From the IMG/VR virus record IMGVR_UViG_3300046808_001035: 64,000 bases of DNA; one strand, 5' to 3'. Below the pieces are notes generated by a model. The model saw only the letters and a list, made by a program, of their open reading frames with translations. It was not told the DNA's origin and did no database searches. The translations under genes were made by a program, and so were the position numbers. Shown here piece after piece: positions 8,017 through 18,131 of this stretch (positions are counted from its first letter, which is position 1; every line of letters starts with the position of its first letter). Source of the stretch: a virus.

Positions 8017-8916
8017 CTAATTAGCTTTGTTTCTACGAATATTAAAACAGACATCTGAGGTATCTTGAAGCATCTTTAACAGCTGCTCGTTGTGATCGCG
8101 ATCAAAATCCATAAGCCTAAGCAGATAGTTTTCAGGTTTAATCTTATTGATAGTATCTAAACCTAAGTCATAAGACTCAAGAGGCTGCTTGTACTTCTCT
8201 ACAAAATAAGACTCTACAACACCATAAAAGTTTGTGAGTAGGGAAAGCCAAGTCTTTTGCTTTACTTCACGATATTCAGCACTACGGTCGTCCATAAGAC
8301 GGCAGCGCTTGGCGATGTAATTATCTACAGCTGCGATAATCCCTTGGCGTACAGTATCTTCAGAAGACTTCTCGTTGGTTTTAGGTTTACGCACATTAGC
8401 GTCTTTAGCTTCCACCACAGGTTCTGCGATCAAAAACTTATCGTGCTTGGCTTCTTCTTTTGTGATTAAAGAAGTTGCAAACGCTCTAAGCTTGTTGAAG
8501 TCTAGCTTACCTGTATTACTGCTAGGTAGTGAAACCTGCTCATTACCGCTTTCTATAGTAACCTGCACAACGTCGTCCAGCTTGAGTGTGAACTGTTCAG
8601 GTTCCGCCTTTTGAGGTGTAGGTGCGCGTAAAGTCTCAACTTCTTGAGTGAGATGCTTGTCGTATGCTTCCTTGAAGGCTTCAGCGTCTACAAGATAGCG
8701 CACACCAGGCAGGCAGGTTGTCACGTTTACGCTTTTAACTATATTCTGTGTAATAAGCTTTTTTGCATCGAACCCAGACAACTTATCTTTAATATCTGAG
8801 AAGAACAGCATTTTTTTGCCGTCGTGTTTGACTGACCTCACATAGAGCTTGCGCCCAATTTTATAGTCAGTTACTCGAGAGTTGCAGATTTCGCGGATTT
8901 TTGTTTTTTCTGTCAT
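8017..8916 (-). CDS. Hypothetical protein
   Basis: 299-aa ORF, no recognised motif. Confidence 0.75.
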   Translation of the reverse strand: MTEKTKIREICNSRVTDYKIGRKLYVRSVKHDGKKMLFFSDIKDKLSGFDAKKLITQNIVKSVNVTTCLPGVRYLVDAEAFKEAYDKHLTQEVETLRAPTPQKAEPEQFTLKLDDVVQVTIESGNEQVSLPSSNTGKLDFNKLRAFATSLITKEEAKHDKFLIAEPVVEAKDANVRKPKTNEKSSEDTVRQGIIAAVDNYIAKRCRLMDDRSAEYREVKQKTWLSLLTNFYGVVESYFVEKYKQPLESYDLGLDTINKIKPENYLLRLMDFDRDHNEQLLKMLQDTSDVCFNIRRNKAN

Positions 8917-8921
8917 ATGTT

Positions 8922-9662
8922 TTAACGGTGAATAGGGAAGTTTACATGCCTTGTGAGCCCGTTTTTAAGAGGTCGGTCTACACAAACTCTACATCTAGCA
9001 CAAGCTCCAATATCGTCGAGTTTCTTTACTTTTCCTGTGACCTCAGGACAAGCTAGACTGGGTCGATCAACAACATCTTCAGGAAAGCTATCACCCATCC
9101 AGGCGATAGCGACGTTTGGGTAATCTTTATATTTATCGTAAACTACTAATACTTCATCTTTGTTCACTATATCACAACTAAGCATGAGTGTAAGGTTTTT
9201 ACACTCGGCCAGTACAGGTACAGCGAAGAGGCTTCTAGTATAGGCCCAAAACCTTACACTAGGAGTCTCTTCGATGACCTTTGACCATGCTTCCACGTAT
9301 GTGAGATTAAAGAAATCACCACCAGTATGTATGCGAAAGAAAGGTTTGTTTCCTTTATTCGCCAGCAGCCATTTAGTTATTGTGTTTTTAATAACCCTAT
9401 AGGCTAGAGCAAAATCAGCGTCTATGACTTTTGCTGTGTTTGCGTCTTCTACAGCTGCATATCTCTTGTATAGCTTTCTTAGATTTTTATCATAACACAC
9501 ATTCAAGCATCCTCCAGGGCCTTTTGTCGCGTGAGGACATGTGCCACCTTCGCTAGGAGGTCCTTGGGTAAGACTGAACGTATTGTTATGGTTATTGTAG
9601 AATCTGACCTTGCTGTTGTTGGTCAGCTGAAAACTGTCGTGGTTTACTGTTTCCATTCCCAT
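8922..9662 (-). CDS. Gp88-like Cys-rich phage protein (probable Fe-S/metal binding)
   Basis: TCPHAT..GCL..CY, FRIH.GGDF, FWAYTRS, LMLS.D, CP...C..C..C pattern. Confidence 0.7.
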   Translation of the reverse strand: MGMETVNHDSFQLTNNSKVRFYNNHNNTFSLTQGPPSEGGTCPHATKGPGGCLNVCYDKNLRKLYKRYAAVEDANTAKVIDADFALAYRVIKNTITKWLLANKGNKPFFRIHTGGDFFNLTYVEAWSKVIEETPSVRFWAYTRSLFAVPVLAECKNLTLMLSCDIVNKDEVLVVYDKYKDYPNVAIAWMGDSFPEDVVDRPSLACPEVTGKVKKLDDIGACARCRVCVDRPLKNGLTRHVNFPIHR

Positions 9663-12361
9663 ATGTTTTTCTCAAAGTTCCAGGCTGTTTCTTTTTCAAA
9701 TACTTTTTCTTTTCCTTTCCAACGATCCATAATAGCTAGCTCACAGCCTACAGTATCTCCTGTTGCAAGCTTGGTGTGGCTGCAAAACACATACTTTAAG
9801 AGCTCTTGAATATAGTTTCCATGTAGAAGATCTTTATGTATCGCCCAATAGCCTGCATCATGCACTGTATTGATTGGATAGATATGCCGCATCCAAAGGT
9901 TTTCTTTCTTAAGAATATTCTTTAAGTTAACACTAGCTTCCCACATAAACCATGCAAGCTCACTCGCCACAGGGAAAGCTAGACTCTCATTCTTCCAGCC
10001 TGCTAGGATACCGAAATTGTCTGTATGCTCATAGCTTAGGGTAAGGCCTCGAGCGTTGGTAATTCTTCGATACTCATCGACTTCATTTGTGCAACGATCT
10101 CTGAAAGCCATATACTTCTTGTATCTCTTCCAGGTTTCAAGTGCATACTCTAGGGTAGCAAGACCTACATGTAACCCATTTTCAGCATAGATGTCTGCTT
10201 GAATTGGGATAGCTGCAAACTTTAATCCTGCAGTATAGCTAACCCTAAAGGTGATACTCTTAGAAATAACATATTTACTTACATCAGATTTGGTAAGAGT
10301 GCCGTCATTAAAATATTCACGCATCTTGGTAACATGGAAACTGCCTGCACGTATGTCGTGAATAAAATCTTCATCCTGACTCAAGAAAGCCATAATAGCC
10401 AAATCTGCGCCAGCTACATCAAGCTCTGCCCAGTAATAATCTTTCATACCTGAGCAGAAGATATTCCTAATATTCTTTGGTAGTAGATGTGCAACCTTCT
10501 TCTGTTCTTCGCTAGTATAGTCACTATAACCAGGCACAAATATATCTGGGATATATGCCAAAACCTTAGAGGCTGGATTTTGTACGTTAGGGCTACTGCT
10601 GGCGCGGAAGTTTTTCAAACACTCGAAAAAGCTTGCGTGTATTCTTCCGTCAGAGCAAATAGCCGCCCAATAGCTTTGCTTTAAAGGTTCATCTATATCT
10701 TCATCAAACTCACCTTCGGTTTCCGAGACTATCCCTTTTTTGCTAAGAAACTTTGTTGCAAAAACTCCCACACGACTGACACTAAGCAAGAGAGTGATTG
10801 CTCTGTGAACATCCACAATATTATTGTAATTTTCTCTAGCATAGTCGGGGTTGTCTTTGTGTGTCTCTAGGAGTTCTTCAAGTTGGAATTTAATTGTAGA
10901 TAAGCTTTTGCCGTTCGTGCTCGGCTCATACATCTTTTGCGTTTGGGGTTTTTGCTTATCGTACCAAACTTTACTTTTAGGGCTTTTGCCAGCTTTAGTA
11001 TAGTACGCAGGCTCTACACACAATACCTCGAAAAGTAGGTGCTTTTTCTGAGGAGCGCTATTCGGATTAAAATCTTCTACTCCGAACCGCTCATGTAGAA
11101 ACGTTACGAGTTCTGCTCTAAGTTCTTCATATTTCTCGCTATATTTTTGAGTAATCTCATCTAGCACTTTTTGGTCTACTCCAATACCTGTAAGCTCCAT
11201 ATCTGTGATATAGTGCGTTAGCGGTAGATAGATGTTATAGTAGCAGTCTCTAAGCCTGGCAGGTAGATATTCTTGCATCCGCAAGCAAGCTTCTCGATGG
11301 CTCACAGCATCACCAGCACAATATTGATAGTACAGCTCAGGTTCAACAAATTTCATCTTAGCCAGCTCGTTTTTAGCTAGCTTGTGCTCTTTCATCTTGC
11401 GATTAAACTCTGTGTAATAGGGAGTATAGTCTGTAAACATCTTGATACCTGTCTCAAGACCTTTACTGAGCCTACTATCAATAAACGCCACAGCTTTCAT
11501 ACCATCGAAAGCTAGAGTCTCGTCAGGAATGTTGAATCCTCGGTGTCTAAGGCGCAAATCGTCAGCACGTATGTTCCAGCCAAGTCTTCTGGCTTTAGGG
11601 TGCTCTAGAATAAGCTTCATAGTATCTAGAAGCTCTCTATTCTCAGTGATTCCGTCTTTACTGATGTTCAATACAACAGCCATATCTTTTTGGCAGCTGT
11701 ATTGAAACTCATACATAACCTCATCGTCGGTGAACTTTTCCCCGAACCACTCAGCATCGTAGCCTATATCGAACATTCCTTTAGAGATATAGTTATTGAG
11801 CATGGCTATATTCTCTTGAGGATCATCAATAATTACATAGTGGTATTGAGTATAGTTTAGCTGGTTATCAAGAACTCTCTTTGCCAGGGCGAATGTAAGC
11901 CTAAACTCGGGACGCTTTGTAGGGTCCATCACTACAATCATGCCTGGAGCATAGTTAGCGATAACTTTACCATAAGCGGTATCAGTAATCTCACCAACAT
12001 AATCACCCATCTTGATGTTGGTGTTCATAATCCTTTTGAAGGCTTCTGCTCCAAGAGGCATGATCAGCTTGGGTTTAAACTTTTCTATTTCTTCATCTAG
12101 GTTAGCTCGCCAATATTCAATATCTTCAGCACTAGGCTTTGGTTTGCTGCCGATACCATACTTAACCATTCCTGTGAAATAAACACGTTCGATAGGTATT
12201 TTTGCAGCAGCCAAAGCGTCTAGTACCTCGTCTGCAGAAGATCCCTTGACTCCGAAACGTTTCTCTTCCATATCATCTTTAGATGGATGAGAAAACACAA
12301 CCATTAGGTCTATTTCATTACCTTCAACATATCTTGGCTCGATTTTTATTTTGTCGCTCAT
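9644..12361 (-). CDS. Family A DNA polymerase with N-terminal UDG-like domain and 3'-5' exonuclease
   Basis: N-terminal family-4 UDG-like segment (KPKLIMPLGAEA); ExoI YDAE, ExoII WNIRAD, ExoIII YCAGD; R.SS.PNVQN; motif A ELDVAGADL, motif B KSITFRVSY, motif C TVHD. Confidence 0.92.
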   Translation of the reverse strand: MSDKIKIEPRYVEGNEIDLMVVFSHPSKDDMEEKRFGVKGSSADEVLDALAAAKIPIERVYFTGMVKYGIGSKPKPSAEDIEYWRANLDEEIEKFKPKLIMPLGAEAFKRIMNTNIKMGDYVGEITDTAYGKVIANYAPGMIVVMDPTKRPEFRLTFALAKRVLDNQLNYTQYHYVIIDDPQENIAMLNNYISKGMFDIGYDAEWFGEKFTDDEVMYEFQYSCQKDMAVVLNISKDGITENRELLDTMKLILEHPKARRLGWNIRADDLRLRHRGFNIPDETLAFDGMKAVAFIDSRLSKGLETGIKMFTDYTPYYTEFNRKMKEHKLAKNELAKMKFVEPELYYQYCAGDAVSHREACLRMQEYLPARLRDCYYNIYLPLTHYITDMELTGIGVDQKVLDEITQKYSEKYEELRAELVTFLHERFGVEDFNPNSAPQKKHLLFEVLCVEPAYYTKAGKSPKSKVWYDKQKPQTQKMYEPSTNGKSLSTIKFQLEELLETHKDNPDYARENYNNIVDVHRAITLLLSVSRVGVFATKFLSKKGIVSETEGEFDEDIDEPLKQSYWAAICSDGRIHASFFECLKNFRASSSPNVQNPASKVLAYIPDIFVPGYSDYTSEEQKKVAHLLPKNIRNIFCSGMKDYYWAELDVAGADLAIMAFLSQDEDFIHDIRAGSFHVTKMREYFNDGTLTKSDVSKYVISKSITFRVSYTAGLKFAAIPIQADIYAENGLHVGLATLEYALETWKRYKKYMAFRDRCTNEVDEYRRITNARGLTLSYEHTDNFGILAGWKNESLAFPVASELAWFMWEASVNLKNILKKENLWMRHIYPINTVHDAGYWAIHKDLLHGNYIQELLKYVFCSHTKLATGDTVGCELAIMDRWKGKEKVFEKETAWNFEKNIWEWKQ

Positions 12362-12363
12362 TC

Positions 12364-12948
12364 TTAATTCTTCTCTAGTTGTTTTGCTTTACTAGCAAAA
12401 GCCGCTTTAAGCTTAGTCATAGCCTTGTTAAGTAGAAACCCTACATTCCCCTGACTTAGGTTAAGTTTTTCGGCAATACTTGCATAACTCAACTCTTCAT
12501 AGTACCTAAGACGCACTATTTCTTTTAACCTGGCAGGCAATTTAATTAGCGCCGTATGTAGTGCGCTTTCTGCTGCGCAGCTATACTCAGAGCGCGCCAT
12601 GGTTTCCATAGGGCTCTCAACCTCAGCCATGCTGCCTGTCGCTTTCGGAAAGACTCGAGTACCGTCATTATTATAGAGAGGCCTCGATGGCTCAAAATCG
12701 GTTATATACATAAACCTCTTTCTTTTATTCTGTGCTTTAAGAGCTGTATTTTTAGCGACCACAAAAAGCCAGCCTACGATAGACTCTAGCATTATTGTCT
12801 CTTGCTTTGCTACTAGTTTTTTAAAAACTTCGTGACACACGTCGTCTGCAGCGTCACGGTCACGCAGTATCCGAAACGCTATAGTGTGAACAGTGGCTCT
12901 GTGAGTGGTGTATGCCTCACTTATAGCGTTTAAAGTTAAGTCATTCAT
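12364..12948 (-). CDS. ECF-type sigma-70 family RNA polymerase sigma factor
   Basis: Region 2 (AADDVCHEVF, WLFVVAKN) and region 4 (LP.RLKEIVRLRYYEELSYASIAEKLNLSQGNV). Confidence 0.9.
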   Translation of the reverse strand: MNDLTLNAISEAYTTHRATVHTIAFRILRDRDAADDVCHEVFKKLVAKQETIMLESIVGWLFVVAKNTALKAQNKRKRFMYITDFEPSRPLYNNDGTRVFPKATGSMAEVESPMETMARSEYSCAAESALHTALIKLPARLKEIVRLRYYEELSYASIAEKLNLSQGNVGFLLNKAMTKLKAAFASKAKQLEKN

Positions 12949-14381
12949 ATACTGCTATGAAAACCGCTTGTTGCTGAGGGCAACAAGCTAGTTCTTCTTT
13001 GGGGTATGTTGTTAAAGTTGCTCGCTGGTTGTCTTGCACGTTTGTCTTTGTCTTCTTCTTTGATTCTGTCTTCTGCGCCACGATCTTGCTGTTCGAAGTT
13101 CATAAACTCCAGCTCAGCTAGATAGTCAAACTGGAAGTTTTTGGCGTGACGAGACTTTAAGCTGAATATACTCACAATACTGTCCTGGGCGCTGTCTCTA
13201 CCTATAGCTAGCACCATATCTGCAGGCTTTAATATACCTTTAAACCCTGTGATCTCAGCATTAGAGAACTTCCTGGTCATTTTGCCTCCTGCCTGATGCA
13301 AGAGCCATACACTAAATGGATGTGTTCCGCCAATCAAGTGGTTAGATAAGTCGTCTACCTCGAAGCTTACTTTAGCGTACTTTTGCCACTCCGCGTCAAA
13401 CTTGTCACTAGACGTCATATAGTCCATCTGGTCGATATAGATGAGGTCTGGGTGATAGCCTGTCTCGCTGTATAGTTTGTCTAGATAGTTTGCTATGAAT
13501 TTAGCTGTCACAGGCGAGGCATCTCGTAGATCGTGTATTTTTAAGTTTTGAAGAGCTTCACGATCTCGGCAGCCTAGGGTTTGAAAAGCATCTCTAAGCT
13601 CATTCTGCAGCATTACATTACCTTTATGTAGATCTGTGTATGGTATTCTGAAAATATTACTATACACACGAGAGCATATGTTTTCTGCAGGCTCTTCTAA
13701 GCTCAGGTACAAAACTTTCCTAAACTGCTTAGCGTTTTGAATAGCTGAGTATGTAGCCATTGCAGTTTTACCGCTACCTGAGTGGCCAAGGATAATTCCC
13801 ATTTCCTGGTAGTTTAAGCCTCTAGCAACCATATCTACCGCAGGAAAACCTGTGAGTAGGCTCTCTCTGTGTTCGATCAATACGAGCTCTTCGAAAGGGT
13901 TGAACTCACGAATACTGCCCACGCTAGACTTCATAGCCAGCTCGCCGATGAGCTTTTCAGCCTCGGATACCAGCTCCTCAGGGGTATTTAACTTATCTGC
14001 CCTGAGTTGCTGGTACCTTCTTGTTTTTATGAAATCTGCAAGATGCTCTAGAACATAGGCTGGGTTATTGGATGCACTATCCGAATAGATGAAATCCCAA
14101 AAAGCTATAACTGAAGGCATGTCTGCCTCTAGAATATAGTGTTTTTTGAGTATTCCTTTTAGTGAGGCCAAGCATAGCTGTGGGTTGATTGGCGCTTCAC
14201 CTATAGTCAGAGCCACTTCAACATAAGCATTATAGATGCTGATAGAGCCAAAGTCTTCTGGCTTTACATGAAGCTCTTGCGCTCTCTGCAGGACGGCTTT
14301 CTCTCGGAAAAGGCATTTTATAACCAGCTCTATATAGTCCGCGTTGTTGTACAGGTCAATATTCATTCGCGTGTTTTTCAA
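12945..14381 (-). CDS. DnaB-like replicative helicase
   Basis: TGFPAVD, Walker A GHSGSGKT, YLSLEE, IYIDQMD, LLHQ, KSRH motifs. Confidence 0.9.
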   Translation of the reverse strand: MKNTRMNIDLYNNADYIELVIKCLFREKAVLQRAQELHVKPEDFGSISIYNAYVEVALTIGEAPINPQLCLASLKGILKKHYILEADMPSVIAFWDFIYSDSASNNPAYVLEHLADFIKTRRYQQLRADKLNTPEELVSEAEKLIGELAMKSSVGSIREFNPFEELVLIEHRESLLTGFPAVDMVARGLNYQEMGIILGHSGSGKTAMATYSAIQNAKQFRKVLYLSLEEPAENICSRVYSNIFRIPYTDLHKGNVMLQNELRDAFQTLGCRDREALQNLKIHDLRDASPVTAKFIANYLDKLYSETGYHPDLIYIDQMDYMTSSDKFDAEWQKYAKVSFEVDDLSNHLIGGTHPFSVWLLHQAGGKMTRKFSNAEITGFKGILKPADMVLAIGRDSAQDSIVSIFSLKSRHAKNFQFDYLAELEFMNFEQQDRGAEDRIKEEDKDKRARQPASNFNNIPQRRTSLLPSATSGFHSSI

Positions 14382-14586
14382 TCACTTCCCTGATCCCAGG
14401 GACGAGCTCTACTAGGTTGCTAGCGCCACTCAGCAACAGCTCAATACTAGATAGTAGTGTGCTTTGCTTTTTTCTTAGCCTCAAAATCTCAGCGTGTGCA
14501 GTATAGAGTGCTTCTTCTGCTAGCGCCTTGCTTGTTCTTTCAATAAGGTTACCAAACGCACGCTCTGCCTGAATGTCTCTGTTCAT
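14356..14586 (-). CDS. Hypothetical protein
   Basis: 76-aa ORF coupled to neighbours. Confidence 0.65.
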   Translation of the reverse strand: MNRDIQAERAFGNLIERTSKALAEEALYTAHAEILRLRKKQSTLLSSIELLLSGASNLVELVPGIREVIEKHANEY

Positions 14587-15146
14587 GATAAGATTCTGTC
14601 TAGGTCTAGTCCTTCTTGCTTTGCAAACTCTTGCAAAGAGGAGGTCATTTCTTTTTTTGCTATATGTTTGTATTTTTTGATTACCTCAGGATCTCGTTCT
14701 GGAGTACTGAGTATTCGATACCATGCGAAAAGCTTTAGACTGCTATCCATCAGCACAGATCTTACAGACTCGCCACGCTTGATATACCGCATAGCTAGCT
14801 CGTGCTGGTATTTCCATACGTCTGCAGGGTCTAGAGTAGCGTTTGTTATTTCAATATAGTAAGAGTCTTCTGGAGTACTTTTCTCAAGCTCTAGTATTTT
14901 CTCTACATTACCTCCACGCAGGTGCTCTGGAGAAAAGAACTGTTTCTTGTTCTCCATCCTGTCGTATAGCCTTTGCACATAGATGGCTGGAGTGAGTTCG
15001 TATTTTTCGCATAGCTCGGCTGCTTCAGCGAAATACTTATCCCATTTAGTCGTGGAGATATAGTTATAGTTCTTCACAGACAACCTTTTCTTCTCTACGA
15101 AATAGAAAATCAGATCGTCTACTAGCCGTGGGTCTTTTACACTCAT
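14583..15146 (-). CDS. Hypothetical protein (between primase and helicase)
   Basis: 187-aa ORF with ATGA overlaps. Confidence 0.75.
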   Translation of the reverse strand: MSVKDPRLVDDLIFYFVEKKRLSVKNYNYISTTKWDKYFAEAAELCEKYELTPAIYVQRLYDRMENKKQFFSPEHLRGGNVEKILELEKSTPEDSYYIEITNATLDPADVWKYQHELAMRYIKRGESVRSVLMDSSLKLFAWYRILSTPERDPEVIKKYKHIAKKEMTSSLQEFAKQEGLDLDRILS

Positions 15147-16051
15147 AAAAGTATTTCTTTTTGTATTATAGCCTGCAACTCTTCAGTTGTAGCCTCGTCA
15201 GGGGACGCAAAACCATATTTACCTAGGTCAATATTAAAGCACCTACGGCCATTCATCCTAAACTCTCGCTGAATATCTAGAGCCAGCCTCTGTGCTCCTT
15301 CCTCAGAGTCTAAAACCAATATTACGTTTTTCCATTCTTGTATCAGCTGCTTTTGTTTATCTGATATACCCTTTCCTAGTGTAGCTACACTGTTTGCGAG
15401 CTTTAGTGCTTTCTTTGCCCCTTCGACAACAATAACGCTATCATACTGCTTGGCTGTGTGATAATTAAACAAATGCTCTCCCTTGGGGAACAGGTGCATA
15501 TATCGCATAAATTGAAATTTATCGCCGTTCTTTGTGTTGGGTATGAATCTGATCTGCCAGCCAGCATACTCGCGGTTCTTGCCAAAGATAGGAAAGAACA
15601 AGGCTTCACTAGTGTCTACCGCAAAGCCGCTGTCAAATTTAATAGGTACGCCACAATCTTGAGAGATATACCTCACACCTAGCTGGTCATAATATTCTAG
15701 GTTGGTGAGGTGGTCTTTTTTGAGAAATTGAATCACTGCACTATCTGAAGGTAATGACGCTAGTGTGGAAGGATATGTGTATGGAGCGATAGTAGCGTAA
15801 GGGTATGCAGGCTCTTCAAAGTCACCAGCACTCTGCTCAAACTCACTAGTGTCATCTAGCAGTTCGTTTATAGGAATAGTTTTTTCGCAGATGAAACACC
15901 GACTTGTAGTCCAGCCAGGGCTCAAATAGCGTTTCATCTTTTTACTATGTGTAGGGTCACATGTCGGGCATGGAATTCTATAGCTCCCGCCCGACACAGC
16001 TTTAACCTTACCGAACCTAGCCTTGAGTAGCGCTTGTACTCTTTGATTCAT
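15143..16051 (-). CDS. DNA primase (Zn finger + TOPRIM)
   Basis: CPTC...CFIC zinc finger, GWQIR, LFNY, IVVEG, VATLGK, ILVLDSE. Confidence 0.85.
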   Translation of the reverse strand: MNQRVQALLKARFGKVKAVSGGSYRIPCPTCDPTHSKKMKRYLSPGWTTSRCFICEKTIPINELLDDTSEFEQSAGDFEEPAYPYATIAPYTYPSTLASLPSDSAVIQFLKKDHLTNLEYYDQLGVRYISQDCGVPIKFDSGFAVDTSEALFFPIFGKNREYAGWQIRFIPNTKNGDKFQFMRYMHLFPKGEHLFNYHTAKQYDSVIVVEGAKKALKLANSVATLGKGISDKQKQLIQEWKNVILVLDSEEGAQRLALDIQREFRMNGRRCFNIDLGKYGFASPDEATTEELQAIIQKEILL

Positions 16052-16286
16052 TTTCGATTAGAAGCTTCAGGCCTTCCAAAAACTTCGAGTCTGCGAAGTA
16101 GTAGACATCCTGAATGTCAGGCTCAGGATCCCTTTTATAATCCGGATGTATCTGCCATGAGTTACTCACTATTTGAGCAAGCCTTAGATAGGGGCGAGCT
16201 CGCCAGTATTTTTGCAGCTCTTCTAGAGTTTGATCTATCGCTGCTTGCTTGAGTTTTATTTTTTCTATTTCTTGTTCGATACTCAT
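16017..16286 (-). CDS. Hypothetical protein
   Basis: 89-aa ORF, W..RP.LRL.Q pattern seen in small phage proteins. Confidence 0.7.
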   Translation of the reverse strand: MSIEQEIEKIKLKQAAIDQTLEELQKYWRARPYLRLAQIVSNSWQIHPDYKRDPEPDIQDVYYFADSKFLEGLKLLIENESKSTSATQG

Positions 16287-17749
16287 TTGGTTGTTGGGTG
16301 GCTATACCAGGTTATTTCTTCAGGTTTGTCAACAATCTTCACAGCCCAGCCTTGCTCTTCATAGTACTTGATCCTCTTCTTCGCCATACCTTCAAGAGTA
16401 GGATCATGGTTGTCCATAAAGTCTACAACCACAAAGTGTGTTTTAGGCTGTAAACCGAACTGCGCCATCTGTTCGTCTGTAATAATGCGGCTGCCGCGAT
16501 AAGCCTCTTGCAAGACTTCTACCTTGCTGCTACCTCCACTAGCTTGTACCACTACACGACAGTTGGGAATGTCTACCCCTGCACGGAAGGCATCGGAGGC
16601 TGTCAAGATCTTGAACTCGTTATTACTGAACTCTTCAATGATCTTGTTTTGCTGCTTACTGCTAAGAGCAAAAACACCAACATTTTTCTTGCTGCTTTCG
16701 CGGTGCAGATACTTCGAGTCTTTTGGCATATACTTGTATAATGGAATCAGGTGGTCTTTCACATGATCAATAAATACAATTGTCTGCCAATCAGAAGGAA
16801 TCATACCGCAAATTCGACCTATCAGCTGATTCCTAGTGTCGCATTTTTTAATTCCGTACTTAAACTTGCTCTCGAAGTTTGTATAGTTTTCAATAATCAG
16901 ATCGTCTGGCAATCTAACCATGTATACCATACCTGGAACTACAGCACCTGCAGCTTCAGCGTCTTCATAAGGAAAGTATATCAAATCTTCACCAAACAAA
17001 CCTTTTAAAAGCTTGTCTGTGTTGTTGAAGATACCTTCTGTTGTTGCGCTATAACCGAACACACGTTTAGGGCGCATTTGATTTAGTGCTTTCTGAAACG
17101 TATCCTGCCCTGCAGACTGCATTTCGTCAACCAGCAATAATTGGCATTTCTCGAGCGAGCAGTTCTGTAGAGACTTGAATGTGGTGATCGTGATGTCGTT
17201 ACTGATATCAGACTTTCCGTCTCCCATGATACCTATATGTTTATCTGGGAAAAACTTTTTGAACTTCTCGTAGGTCTGCACAACCACCTGCTTGAGAGGA
17301 ATAGCTAGAATAGTGTTTAGGTTATGCCATGCTGCGTATGTTATAGCTTGGATGTGGGTTTTACCGAAACCCCCGGCAGCGTTGATTACACCGCTGTCTT
17401 GCATACCTTTAAAGATCAAATCTAGCGCAGGCTCTACTTGGTAATCTCTGAGCTTGATCTTCTTTACCATATCCCAATCAGGCTCAGGCATTGGAGACCG
17501 AAAATCTTCGATCTCCAGAACATCCATATTTTTGCCTACCAGGCGTACTATATCATTATAGAACCCTGGTAAGGTGAATATTGAGCCATCAGGGGCGTTA
17601 GCGTATAGTAGTTTTTCTACAAATACACACTCTCTCTTAAAGTTTACGCTACGCATCTCTCGATGATGATAGCGCAAAAACTTGCCAAGGTAGGTAGGGC
17701 AGCAATCTACTTTCAACCCTCCGTCGAATCTAGTAAGTTTTATCTTCAT
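16283..17749 (-). CDS. Superfamily 2 helicase (UvsW/XPB-like)
   Basis: LRDYQ, AAGGFGKT, LVDEMQ, YSATT, GVDIP, Q..YRGSR. Confidence 0.9.
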   Translation of the reverse strand: MKIKLTRFDGGLKVDCCPTYLGKFLRYHHREMRSVNFKRECVFVEKLLYANAPDGSIFTLPGFYNDIVRLVGKNMDVLEIEDFRSPMPEPDWDMVKKIKLRDYQVEPALDLIFKGMQDSGVINAAGGFGKTHIQAITYAAWHNLNTILAIPLKQVVVQTYEKFKKFFPDKHIGIMGDGKSDISNDITITTFKSLQNCSLEKCQLLLVDEMQSAGQDTFQKALNQMRPKRVFGYSATTEGIFNNTDKLLKGLFGEDLIYFPYEDAEAAGAVVPGMVYMVRLPDDLIIENYTNFESKFKYGIKKCDTRNQLIGRICGMIPSDWQTIVFIDHVKDHLIPLYKYMPKDSKYLHRESSKKNVGVFALSSKQQNKIIEEFSNNEFKILTASDAFRAGVDIPNCRVVVQASGGSSKVEVLQEAYRGSRIITDEQMAQFGLQPKTHFVVVDFMDNHDPTLEGMAKKRIKYYEEQGWAVKIVDKPEEITWYSHPTTK

Positions 17750-17949
17750 CCGTTATAAGATCTTCGATAGTTCCTTTTTTTAGCCCTCTTAGCTTTATGA
17801 TTCGTTCTCACCTGGTCTTTTACAGCTCGATGCACTAGAGTTTTAGCGATTTCACTAATATTTTCACTTTTTTTCTTAAACCCAAAATAGGCAGCTGCTG
17901 CAGTAATCAACGCAGGGATAAGTATGTGGTCTCGGCCTCGTTCGCTCAT
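17746..17949 (-). CDS. Small basic protein with N-terminal hydrophobic segment
   Basis: 67 aa, ATGA overlap. Confidence 0.55.
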   Translation of the reverse strand: MSERGRDHILIPALITAAAAYFGFKKKSENISEIAKTLVHRAVKDQVRTNHKAKRAKKRNYRRSYNG

Positions 17950-18131
17950 TTTTTCTTCTTCTTTGGTTTTTTGGCTGCGGTTAGTCTCTTCTGGATTTCA
18001 TACATTTCTTTTTCTAGCTCTAGCATCAAGCGCGTATCTTCGTCTAGGAGCTCTTCTGGCCTTTCTGCAAAGTACCGATTATACCATCTAAGTATAATAT
18101 AAAGGCGCTTGAGTTTCTGCACATCTGTCAT
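17946..18131 (-). CDS. Hypothetical protein
   Basis: 61 aa, ATGA overlap. Confidence 0.6.
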   Translation of the reverse strand: MTDVQKLKRLYIILRWYNRYFAERPEELLDEDTRLMLELEKEMYEIQKRLTAAKKPKKKKK

